A stretch of 64,000 nt of DNA from Marinicella sp. (GTDB taxonomy: Bacteria > Pseudomonadota > Gammaproteobacteria > Xanthomonadales > Marinicellaceae), in NCBI GenBank assembly GCA_965230295.1, contig OZ246001.1:2528001-2592000 (forward strand). The letters are read 5' to 3'. A program made the translations under genes and the position numbers. Positions 42,444-51,248 of this stretch are shown in pieces. Under the pieces are notes generated by a model. The model was given only the letters and a program-made list of their open reading frames with translations. It did not search any database and was not told the origin of the DNA. Every line of letters begins with the position of its first letter. The stretch's first letter is position 1.

Positions 42444-44126
42444 CTAAACAATGAATTGATTCAGATGCTCGATTTCCGGAACTGATTGTTGTTCTCTGAC
42501 TGGCAGGGATTTGGCTTCAGTTTTAAGTCTTTCGGCCTCTTGTAAAAATTGTTGATACAGCGACTTTCTCAACATGGGAGCCAGCGGTTGGGGGTTCTCT
42601 AAATCTTGTTTAAAAGCCTCATCCAGTGACAGCTCCGGACATTGGCCATCATCATGTATGTGTTGCCAACAAGCTTGTTTCAAACAAAATTTATACCAAG
42701 GCAAGAATTCGGCACCATTATCTGCAATGAAGTTGACACAATCAATGATGTACTGTACTTCGGCTTGGTCCATGATGTAGTGGAAACCAACTCGGCACCA
42801 ACCAGGTTTAATACCATGGTAACCTCGTTGAATCAAGGCCCGGTACTGTTCTGAAGTTTCTTCATCGATGCCCAGTAACTGGTGGCCGTAGGGTCCCGCG
42901 CAAGAACAGCCAGCCCTTGATTGGATGCCAAACAAGTCATTCAACAAAACCGTAATGAATTTGGGGTGCAGGTATTTACCTGAGGCGGTTTTGATGTTGA
43001 AAGAAACAATGCCTACTCGGTTTTCCGGGTTTTGGTCACCCAGGATTTCAATGCGAGGATGGTTTTGCCAGGCACTGAATGCTTGTTTAAGCCATTGTTG
43101 TTCGATGTCATGAATTTGTTGAACACCAAACTTTTCTTTCACTTCAAAACACAACGCTGCACGCATGATTTGTAGCACGCCAGGGGTGCCGGCTTTTTCT
43201 CTTTCTTCAATGTCATCAAAGAAATCATGGTCGTGTCGGGCGACATAGCTGACGGTGCCACCACCTGAAACGGTCGGCCTCAGAGCTGATTGATAAATGT
43301 CTTTGTTGAATACCAGGACGCCTGTAGATCCTGGCCCACCCAGAAACTTGTGTGGCGACAGAAAGACCGCATCGTAATAACCCTTGGGGTCATCGGCTGG
43401 ATGCATGTCGATTTCTACATAGGGTGCACTGGCGGCATAATCGAAAAAGGCCAAAGCACCATGTTCGTGTAACAAGCGAGCAATTTTACGGGTGTGAGAT
43501 ATCAAGCCGGTCACATTGGATGCTGCAGAAAAGGAACCAATTTTTAACCGCCCATGGTATTTTTCATTGGTCAGTTCTGCTTCAAGTTGTTGCAGGTTGG
43601 CATGGCCGTTTTCATCCAGATCCAACTCGACCACTTCACACAGTCCATCACGCCATGAGATTTCATTGCTGTGGTGTTCATAGGGGCCCACAAACACCAC
43701 AGGTGACTGATCAATGATTTTTGCCAGGTCACAATCGGCAGATCTTTCAATTTGTGCCCGTGTGGCTGGCGGTAAATAAGTACCCAGAATTTGTTGAATC
43801 TTGGTGATGGCACCCGTGGCACCCGTGCCGGTACAGATGATGCGGTCGTTGTCATTGGCCCCCAGAGAATCTTTGATGCGTTGCTCTGCATCATGTAACA
43901 GGCGGGTCATGGAGCGACCGGTCATGTCGTCTTCAGTGTGGGTGTTGGCGTAATGGCGCTGTAACTTCATCAAATACTTCTCAATGAAAGTCAAGGTGCG
44001 ACCTGATGCGGTGTAATCACAATAAGTCATCAAGCGCTGACCAAAAGGGGTGCAAAAAGGTGCGTCCACACCAATGATGGCCTGGCGCAAACAGTCTGGT
44101 TTTAGATTATTATCGGTAACGCTCAT
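42444..44126 (-). CDS. Aminotransferase class V (cysteine desulfurase-like) PLP enzyme
   Basis: DYTASGR, EHHSNE, SNVTG, SPHKFLGGPG and RAGCSCAGPYG motifs. Confidence 0.9.
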   Translation of the reverse strand: MSVTDNNLKPDCLRQAIIGVDAPFCTPFGQRLMTYCDYTASGRTLTFIEKYLMKLQRHYANTHTEDDMTGRSMTRLLHDAEQRIKDSLGANDNDRIICTGTGATGAITKIQQILGTYLPPATRAQIERSADCDLAKIIDQSPVVFVGPYEHHSNEISWRDGLCEVVELDLDENGHANLQQLEAELTNEKYHGRLKIGSFSAASNVTGLISHTRKIARLLHEHGALAFFDYAASAPYVEIDMHPADDPKGYYDAVFLSPHKFLGGPGSTGVLVFNKDIYQSALRPTVSGGGTVSYVARHDHDFFDDIEEREKAGTPGVLQIMRAALCFEVKEKFGVQQIHDIEQQWLKQAFSAWQNHPRIEILGDQNPENRVGIVSFNIKTASGKYLHPKFITVLLNDLFGIQSRAGCSCAGPYGHQLLGIDEETSEQYRALIQRGYHGIKPGWCRVGFHYIMDQAEVQYIIDCVNFIADNGAEFLPWYKFCLKQACWQHIHDDGQCPELSLDEAFKQDLENPQPLAPMLRKSLYQQFLQEAERLKTEAKSLPVREQQSVPEIEHLNQFIV

Positions 44127-44320
44127 GTTTCATGTTTGATTCAACAGCCTGGCATTTTAGGTGACTTTGGGTTTGAAATACAGTTGAATTGACAAATATT
44201 AGTATTTTCTTATTTAACTGAAATGGTGTTTCACTGCAATAACCACACAAGTCACTGCTCAAATCCTGCCATGTGCGCAAACTTCTGTTAGAACAGGGGT
44301 ATTTAATTTAGGAGAAAACC

Positions 44321-44896
44321 ATGTATTTTACAGTGAGCATTCTGATCATTATGTTGTCCGCGACAGGTGTTGATACACAAGAGATGCGCTACACAAGGAG
44401 TACAGAATCTCCTTTCGGTCAGTTGAACCCTCAAGCTCCAGCAGAACTGAAAGCTTTTGCTCCCATGATTGGGCAATCTCAATGTCAATCAGCAAAAAGA
44501 CTGGATCAAGACAATTGGGCGCCGATTGAGGCTTCACAATGGGTTTTTCGATACATCATGAATGGCACCGCTGTCCAGGATGAAAACCTGGTTGCAGACG
44601 GCAGCATTGGAGGCAGTATTCGGTTGTTCGATGAAGCAAAACAAACCTGGCAAATTCACTATTATAACAACCAGTCCAAACCGAATGTGTTACCTGTTTG
44701 GAATGGCGGCCAACAGCAAGACCGCTTGGTTTTTTACCGCCCCCAAATAGCACCCAATGGTATGGAGGGACATTATCGGTTAACGTTTTATGAGATTACT
44801 GATGAAAGCTTTTTGTGGAAAGGCGAATGGGTCAATCAAGATGAGAGCGTCGTCTACCCAACCTGGAAAATCAGTTGCAAAAAAATATCAGGCTAA
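44321..44896 (+). CDS. Hypothetical secreted Trp-rich beta-barrel-like protein
   Basis: AGGAG RBS, signal-like N-terminus, FAPMIG..W..NGTAVQD. Confidence 0.7.
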   Translation: MYFTVSILIIMLSATGVDTQEMRYTRSTESPFGQLNPQAPAELKAFAPMIGQSQCQSAKRLDQDNWAPIEASQWVFRYIMNGTAVQDENLVADGSIGGSIRLFDEAKQTWQIHYYNNQSKPNVLPVWNGGQQQDRLVFYRPQIAPNGMEGHYRLTFYEITDESFLWKGEWVNQDESVVYPTWKISCKKISG

Positions 44897-45014
44897 CAGG
44901 TCCAGGCTGTTGATTATTCCAACTGCCTGGATGCAGATACAAATTCGATAACTGATCAATCAAGACAGGGCCTTAACGGCATCTGGCTCTGTTTACCTTT
45001 ATTTCAAAGGGTTG

Positions 45015-45680
45015 TTAAGGCAGTTGCATTTGCATTTCAATCACTTTGCCAATGATTTTGAACGATTCAAATATTTTTGGATATTGAGGGTTAAGTGCAT
45101 GAAGATATGCTTTTGAACCATCAAATTTGACTTGTCGGAATAAGATGTTGTTGTTGACTTGAGCAATGATGAATATACCATCTGTCAAAGTATCTGACCA
45201 CATTGGGTCGAATATGATCAATGCATTATCAGGAAAGCTATAAGGCCCAGTGATTGATAACATGGAATCTCCAATGACGGGCAGGGCGTAACATTGTTTA
45301 GCGTATGGCAAGTGACTCAATATAATTTGACTGTTTTTTGATTTTTGATTTTTAAGTTTTTTTATATTTTTAACATCACTCCAATCTATCAAAGGAATTT
45401 TTTTGACGTAAAAGTTTGGGTTTTCCTGAATTGACAAGTCAATTTCGTTCTCAGTGAATTGATGGTATGTGGTATTGCCATACAAGATGTATTCAACAGA
45501 AACTTCAAGTATTTGTGCAAGCTTAAATAAATGTTCACCTTTTGGGGTGTTAAACACATCATTTTGTGTTTCCCATTTACTGACTGATACTCTTTGTACA
45601 CCCACAAATACAGCCACATCATTTTGAGTTAGCTTGCGAAGTTTTCTTAAGTGCTTAATCCTGCGTCCAACGGGGTTCAT
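45015..45680 (-). CDS. CI/LexA-type repressor (XRE HTH plus S24 peptidase)
   Basis: RKLRKLTQNDVA...VSVSKWE HTH; IPLIDW, GDSM and LHALNPQYP S24 motifs. Confidence 0.9.
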   Translation of the reverse strand: MNPVGRRIKHLRKLRKLTQNDVAVFVGVQRVSVSKWETQNDVFNTPKGEHLFKLAQILEVSVEYILYGNTTYHQFTENEIDLSIQENPNFYVKKIPLIDWSDVKNIKKLKNQKSKNSQIILSHLPYAKQCYALPVIGDSMLSITGPYSFPDNALIIFDPMWSDTLTDGIFIIAQVNNNILFRQVKFDGSKAYLHALNPQYPKIFESFKIIGKVIEMQMQLP

Positions 45681-45695
45681 TGGATTATAATAGTC

Positions 45696-45787
45696 TTTAG
45701 TTACGTAACTAAAAGCTACAAAATAAGATTAATGTTTGACAAATAGTAACTTTAATGCACAATATTCGTAATATAATATATTATAAT
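45696..45787. promoter_or_regulatory. Operator palindrome and divergent sigma-70 promoter elements
   Basis: Perfect 18-bp palindrome TTTAGTTACGTAACTAAA (45696-45713), extra GTAACT half-site at 45746, TTGACA at 45736, TATAAT at 45772 and 45782. Confidence 0.6.
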
Positions 45788-45861
45788 GTGTGTGTAATTG
45801 GTAAATGAAGCCCCAAGGCCATTATGGGTTATTTAATGTAATGGTCAAAGGGGCTTTTATT
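45787..45861 (+). ncRNA. Candidate small RNA divergent from the repressor
   Basis: GU-rich 5' segment, then hairpin AAGCCCC/GGGGCTT plus GGCCATTAT/GTAATGGTC (G-U pairs on the + strand) and a TTTTATT tail; no ORF. Confidence 0.4.
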
Positions 45862-45952
45862 CAATTTAAGCAATGAAGGTAAATCAAATCGTATCCAACT
45901 TATCGAGCTTTTGTGAAAGACATTGTGAATGTTTAAGTGCTTAATGTTAACC

Positions 45953-46792
45953 TTAATTGAGTGCTTTAACCACATCTAGAGTGGCTTTGGCGCGGTTCAA
46001 GGTATAAAAGTGGATGCCGTTGACCCCTTGGTCCAACAACTGTTCACACAGTTTGATGGTGAATTCAGTACCAAATTGTTGTATCGATTTGCGGTCGTCA
46101 CCATAACTCTGTAATTTGTATTGCAACCAACGGGGCATATCCGTACCACAAAAGCCGCAAAAGCGTTTGATATTGCTGAAATTAGTGATGGGCATGATAC
46201 CTGGTGTGATGGGTGTGTCAATGCCTGCTTTCTGACAATGCTCTACAAAATTGAAGTAGGCATCAGGGTTGAAGAAAAACTGGGTGATGGCTCGATTCAC
46301 ACCAGCCTCTACTTTTTGTTTGAAGTATTTGATTTCTGACTCAAACGATTCAGTTTCCGGATGTACCTCGGGATAACAGCCCACGGTGATGTTAAATGTG
46401 TTGGGGTATTTTTCATGAATGAACTCAATCAATTCATTGGCATAGCGGAAGTAGCCAACAGAACCCATCCCAGAGGGCACGTCACCCCGCAAAGCCAGAA
46501 TGTCGGTGATGCCGTTATCCAGGTATTTTTGTAACAACGCCTGGATTTCATCAGGCGTACCGCCCATACATGATAAATGCGGGATCACTTTGGGGGTTTC
46601 ATGGGATTTCAGTTCCAGTACCGTATCAGCTGTTGCCGTGATGGTTGACCCTCCTGCACCAAATGTGACCGAAAAAAAGTCGGGATTTAATTTCCTTAAT
46701 TTTTCTTGGGTATCAAGCAGGATGACTTTTTGTTCTGCGGTTTTGGGTGGAAAAAATTCAAAACTCAGACCGAATTGTTTGTTGTTATTCAT
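45953..46792 (-). CDS. metF: 5,10-methylenetetrahydrofolate reductase
   Basis: SFEFFPPKT, SVTFGAGGS, ALRGD, TQFFF and HFYTLN motifs. Confidence 0.97.
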   Translation of the reverse strand: MNNNKQFGLSFEFFPPKTAEQKVILLDTQEKLRKLNPDFFSVTFGAGGSTITATADTVLELKSHETPKVIPHLSCMGGTPDEIQALLQKYLDNGITDILALRGDVPSGMGSVGYFRYANELIEFIHEKYPNTFNITVGCYPEVHPETESFESEIKYFKQKVEAGVNRAITQFFFNPDAYFNFVEHCQKAGIDTPITPGIMPITNFSNIKRFCGFCGTDMPRWLQYKLQSYGDDRKSIQQFGTEFTIKLCEQLLDQGVNGIHFYTLNRAKATLDVVKALN

Positions 46793-46808
46793 AATTGTTA
46801 TAACCCAT

Positions 46809-46836
46809 AAAAAAAGCCAGACGGTGCCTGGCTTTT
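46809..46836 (-). terminator. Intrinsic terminator between ahcY and metF
   Basis: AAAAGCCAG/CTGGCTTTT stem, T7 tail on the minus strand. Confidence 0.75.
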
Positions 46837-46868
46837 AATTAACAAGAATTTTTGGAAGTTATCAGACA

Positions 46869-48290
46869 TTAATATCTGTAGTGCTCAGGTTTATAAGGAC
46901 CTGCCACTTCAACCCCAATGTACTTGGCTTGATTCTCAGACAATGTGGTCAATTTTGCACCCACACGATCTAAATGTAATTTAGCCACTTTCTCATCCAA
47001 ATGCTTAGGCAATACATACACATCGTTGTTGTATTTGTCGCCGTCTTGGTACAACTCAATTTGAGCCAACACTTGATTGGTGAAAGAATTTGACATCACG
47101 AAGCTTGGGTGTCCAGTACCACATCCCAAATTCACCAAACGTCCTCTGGCCAGTAAGATGATGCGTTTTCCATCTGCAAATTCTACGTGATCAACTTGGT
47201 CTTTGATCGAATCCCATTTGCAATGTTCTTCAAGAGAGGCCACATCAATTTCATTGTCAAAGTGACCAATGTTACAAACGATGGCCTGATCTTTCATGGC
47301 TTTCATGTGTTCGAAAGTAATGATTTGGTAATTACCTGTTGCAGTCACAAAAATGTCGGCATCTTTGACCGCATCTTCTAATGTCACCACCGGGTAACCT
47401 TCCATAGAGGCCTGTAAAGCACAGATCGGATCAACTTCGGTTACAGAAACGATCGCGCCCAAACCACGCAAAGAGGCTGCTGAACCTTTGCCCACATCAC
47501 CAAAACCACAAACAACGGCTTTTTTACCCGCAATCATCACATCGGTGGCGCGCTTGATGGCGTCAACCAAAGATTCACGACAACCGTACAGGTTATCAAA
47601 TTTTGATTTGGTTACTGAGTCGTTCACGTTGATGGCAGGGAAGGGCAAGTCACCAGACTTGGCCATGTCATACAAACGTTTAACACCTGTGGTGGTTTCT
47701 TCAGTGACACCTTGAATGGCAGCCAATGTTTTACTGTACCAACCTGGTTTGGTGGTCAAACGTTTTTTGATTGAAGCAAACAAAAAGGTTTCTTCTTCTG
47801 AACCTGGGTTGTCTAAGATGCTGGCATCTTTTTCAGCTTTGCTGCCCAAGATCAATAACATGGTGGCATCACCACCGTCATCAAGAATCATGTTGGGTGA
47901 ACCACCATCAGACCATTCCATGATGCGGTGGGTGTATTCCCAGTACTCTTCTAAAGTTTCGCCTTTGACCGCAAACACAGGAATGTCCTGGTCAGCCATG
48001 GCTGCTGCGGCATGGTCTTGTGTCGAGTAGATGTTACATGAAGCCCAACGCACATCAGCTCCCAAGGCGCGTAGTGACTCAATCAATACGGCTGTTTGAA
48101 TGGTCATGTGTAAGGAACCTGCGATGCGAGCCCCTTTCAAAGGTTGTTGATCTTTGTATTCTTCTCTGATTTGAACCAAACCTGGCATTTCTGTTTCGGC
48201 GATTCTGATTTCTTTGTGACCAAATTCTGCCAGGCCTATGTCGGCCACCACATAATCTGGTTGAATGTTTTTAACTGTTTCAGTTGTCAT
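46869..48290 (-). CDS. ahcY: Adenosylhomocysteinase
   Basis: [29 protein letters not shown] and [18 protein letters not shown] motifs. Confidence 0.99.
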   Translation of the reverse strand: MTTETVKNIQPDYVVADIGLAEFGHKEIRIAETEMPGLVQIREEYKDQQPLKGARIAGSLHMTIQTAVLIESLRALGADVRWASCNIYSTQDHAAAAMADQDIPVFAVKGETLEEYWEYTHRIMEWSDGGSPNMILDDGGDATMLLILGSKAEKDASILDNPGSEEETFLFASIKKRLTTKPGWYSKTLAAIQGVTEETTTGVKRLYDMAKSGDLPFPAINVNDSVTKSKFDNLYGCRESLVDAIKRATDVMIAGKKAVVCGFGDVGKGSAASLRGLGAIVSVTEVDPICALQASMEGYPVVTLEDAVKDADIFVTATGNYQIITFEHMKAMKDQAIVCNIGHFDNEIDVASLEEHCKWDSIKDQVDHVEFADGKRIILLARGRLVNLGCGTGHPSFVMSNSFTNQVLAQIELYQDGDKYNNDVYVLPKHLDEKVAKLHLDRVGAKLTTLSENQAKYIGVEVAGPYKPEHYRY

Positions 48291-48339
48291 AATGTTCTCG
48301 TATATATTTTGCAATGGTTGTGTTTGTATCTGGCTGTTC

Positions 48340-49497
48340 TTACAGGCCGGCTTCTGATCTCAGCAGGTCGGCTTTGTCGGTGCGTTCCCAAGTGAAGTCC
48401 GCATCTTCACGGCCCATGTGACCGTATGCCGCCGTTTTTTGATAAATGGGACGCAATAAATCCAGGCTGGTAATGATGCCGTAAGGCCTCAAATCGAAGT
48501 GTTCTCTCACCAATTTTTCAATGGTGGCTTCGGGTACTTTGTTGGTACCGAATGTGGTCACACTGATCGAAGTGGGTTCAGCCACACCAATGGCGTAAGA
48601 AACCTGGATCTCACAGCGTTCTGCCAATCCGGCGGCCACAATGTTTTTCGCCACATAGCGACAAGCATAGGCAGCAGAGCGATCCACTTTTGAAGGGTCT
48701 TTACCAGAAAAGGCACCACCACCATGGCGAGCCATACCGCCGTAGGTGTCAACAATGATCTTACGTCCGGTCAATCCACAATCGCCTACCGGGCCTCCTA
48801 TCACAAAGTTACCTGTGGGGTTGATGTGGTATTTGGTGTTGCCGTCAATCCAGGCTTCAGGCAAGACGGGTTTGATGATGGTTTCCATAACACCTTCGCG
48901 CAAGTCAGCCAGGCTGACATCTGGATCATGTTGGGTGGACAGAACCACTGCATCAATGGCAACCGGTTTGTCATTTTCATAGCGGAATGTTAACTGTGAT
49001 TTGGCATCAGGTCGCAACCAAGGCAAGGTACCTGCGCGTCTGACTTGTGCCTGTTTTTCCACCAACAGGTGTGAATAAGTAATGGGTGCTGGCATCAGAA
49101 CATCAGTTTCATTGGATGCATAGCCAAACATCAAGCCCTGGTCACCAGCCCCTTGCTCTTCAGGGCTTTGGCGATCAACGCCCATGTTGATGTCGTGTGA
49201 TTGTTTTCCAATCAATGACATGACAGCGCAGCTGTTGCCATCAAAACCCACATCTGAATTGTCGTAGCCTATGTCGATGATCACTTTTCTGACCAACTCA
49301 TCTAAGTCAATCCAGGTGTTGGTGGTGATTTCACCAGAGACGATGGCAGTACCGGTTTTAACCATGGTTTCACATGCCACTCGGGCTTTGGGGTCGTCTT
49401 TGATGATGGCGTCTAAAACGGCATCAGAGATCTGATCTGCCACTTTATCTGGGTGGCCTTCAGAGACTGATTCTGAGGTGAAAAGGAAGTTGCTCAT
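48340..49497 (-). CDS. metK: S-adenosylmethionine synthetase
   Basis: [19 protein letters not shown] and GGGAFSGKD motifs. Confidence 0.99.
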   Translation of the reverse strand: MSNFLFTSESVSEGHPDKVADQISDAVLDAIIKDDPKARVACETMVKTGTAIVSGEITTNTWIDLDELVRKVIIDIGYDNSDVGFDGNSCAVMSLIGKQSHDINMGVDRQSPEEQGAGDQGLMFGYASNETDVLMPAPITYSHLLVEKQAQVRRAGTLPWLRPDAKSQLTFRYENDKPVAIDAVVLSTQHDPDVSLADLREGVMETIIKPVLPEAWIDGNTKYHINPTGNFVIGGPVGDCGLTGRKIIVDTYGGMARHGGGAFSGKDPSKVDRSAAYACRYVAKNIVAAGLAERCEIQVSYAIGVAEPTSISVTTFGTNKVPEATIEKLVREHFDLRPYGIITSLDLLRPIYQKTAAYGHMGREDADFTWERTDKADLLRSEAGL

Positions 49498-49501
49498 AAG
49501 C

Positions 49502-49537
49502 TAATATATCTCTCAATACGGATAAAGAGATATATTA
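49502..49537. promoter_or_regulatory. Inverted repeat over the metK translation-initiation region
   Basis: TAATATATCTCT-N12-AGAGATATATTA, perfect 12-bp arms. Confidence 0.5.
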
Positions 49538-49648
49538 TCTATTTTTTTTCTGAAATGTCCATCAAAATCACTTAATAAAGTTAATTTTTGCTTGTATTTC
49601 AGGCTGACATTCTTATTATGCATGGCAAGTCCATCAAAAAAGTCAAAA

Positions 49649-50536
49649 ATGAAGCCATTGAAAGGAATCATCGCCAGTCTGATATTTATGGTCAATACAG
49701 TCGTTATGGTGACTGTTTTGCTGATTTTTGCGGTGTTAAAATTCTTGTTGCCGATCAAGCAAATTCGTGTGGTTTTATCAAAAATTTTGGTTTGGATCGC
49801 GGAATCCTGGATCCAAATTAACAGCACCACCCACCGCCTTATTCATGGTCAAAAAATTCGCATTGAGGCCATGCCGGAGCTGTCAAAAGACCAATGGTAT
49901 TTGGTGGTGGCAAACCATCAAAGTACGGCAGACATCCCGATCATTCAAGCCGTGTTCAATAAAAAAATTCCATTCCTTAAATTCTTTTTAAAACAACAGT
50001 TAATTTGGGTGCCGTTTCTGGGATTGGCATGGTGGGCTTTGGATTTTCCTTTTATGAAACGTTACAGCCGTTCTTTTTTGGAAAAAAACCCTCACCTTCG
50101 TGGCAAAGACATGGAACAAACGCAACGGTCTTGTGATAAGTTTAAGCACTTCCCAACTTCAGTGATTAATTTCATCGAAGGCACACGATTCACCCAAGAA
50201 AAACACCAACGCCAGCAGTCTCCCTACAAACACCTATTGAAGCCCAAAGCGGGCGGTATTGGTTATGTGATGGGGAGCATGGGCCAACAGATGCAACAAC
50301 TGTTGTTGGTCACGGTGGCTTATAAAAATAAGGTGCCTACTGTTTGGGGTTATTTATCTGGAGATTTCCAAGAAGCTGTGGTTACTTGTGAAAAAATCGT
50401 TATACCTTATACGCTATTGAACAAAAACTATCAAACAGACGATAAATTCAAAACAGAATTGTTTAAATGGAGTGAAACTCTGTGGTATAAACAAGATCTA
50501 AAGTTAAAGGACTTTTATGAGCGAACCGACATTTAA
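49649..50536 (+). CDS. yihG: Acyltransferase, YihG/PlsC-like
   Basis: NHQSTAD, KFFLKQQLIWVP, FIEGTRF and LLKPKAGG motifs. Confidence 0.88.
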   Translation: MKPLKGIIASLIFMVNTVVMVTVLLIFAVLKFLLPIKQIRVVLSKILVWIAESWIQINSTTHRLIHGQKIRIEAMPELSKDQWYLVVANHQSTADIPIIQAVFNKKIPFLKFFLKQQLIWVPFLGLAWWALDFPFMKRYSRSFLEKNPHLRGKDMEQTQRSCDKFKHFPTSVINFIEGTRFTQEKHQRQQSPYKHLLKPKAGGIGYVMGSMGQQMQQLLLVTVAYKNKVPTVWGYLSGDFQEAVVTCEKIVIPYTLLNKNYQTDDKFKTELFKWSETLWYKQDLKLKDFYERTDI

Positions 50537-51176
50537 AGTAACTTTCAAGGGCAAAACAGTCAGAAACATTGAATTGTCCAAGGCTAAAAGCAACTTCGCC
50601 AAGTTGTTTAAGTTGCCTGCGGCCAAAGCAGAAGTGATGTTTGACGGTAAAGAACGCACCCTTAAAAAAGCCATGACTTTAGAGAAAGCCAGTCACTTGA
50701 GAGCCGTTTTGAAAAAGGCAGGTATTCGTGTAAGTCTGGTGAAAAATGAAGTGGTTGAAGAAGAAAAGACCATGGATGACTGGGAGTTGAATGATCCGGG
50801 TACCGTGATTCTCCGACCTGTCAAAGCGCCAGAACGGCACATAGAAACTTCTCATATCAAAGTGGATGTCGACTTTGATCATTTGGAAGACAAACCGCAA
50901 GCGGACCCTCCTGAGGTTGACATCGATCACATTGTGATTGATGACTCAGAAGAGCCCATTATCGAAACCAAAGAAGTTGAAATCCCTGACATTGATTTCA
51001 GTAAGCTGAAAGTGGAAGCGGCTGGTTCAATCATTGTCAAACACAAAAAAATCATCACCCCTGATATTCCGACAGATGACTTAAGCCTGGATGAAGCGGG
51101 CAAACAAATTGTTAAGAAAAAGGAAATCCCGGAACCTGAGATAGATATTTCTAACATCAGTTTGAATGTTAAATAG
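50517..51176 (+). CDS. Hypothetical protein with acidic degenerate P-x-I-D repeats
   Basis: N-terminal FKVTFKG...FAKLFKL domain, then about five repeats (PEVDIDHI, PDIDFSKL, PDIPTDDL, PEIDISNI). Confidence 0.75.
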   Translation: MSEPTFKVTFKGKTVRNIELSKAKSNFAKLFKLPAAKAEVMFDGKERTLKKAMTLEKASHLRAVLKKAGIRVSLVKNEVVEEEKTMDDWELNDPGTVILRPVKAPERHIETSHIKVDVDFDHLEDKPQADPPEVDIDHIVIDDSEEPIIETKEVEIPDIDFSKLKVEAAGSIIVKHKKIITPDIPTDDLSLDEAGKQIVKKKEIPEPEIDISNISLNVK

Positions 51177-51248
51177 CCCTTACTTCTAGGATTCAGGGGC
51201 AGGGATGTAATCAGTTAAACAACAACCTACATAAGAAAGGATTCTGAA

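Noticed and set aside
45015-45680. Prophage
   Set aside because: No integrase, cro, replication or structural genes; flanked by metF and a hypothetical gene
48291-48339. SAH/SAM riboswitch before ahcY
   Set aside because: Only ~50 nt, AT-rich, no recognisable riboswitch consensus
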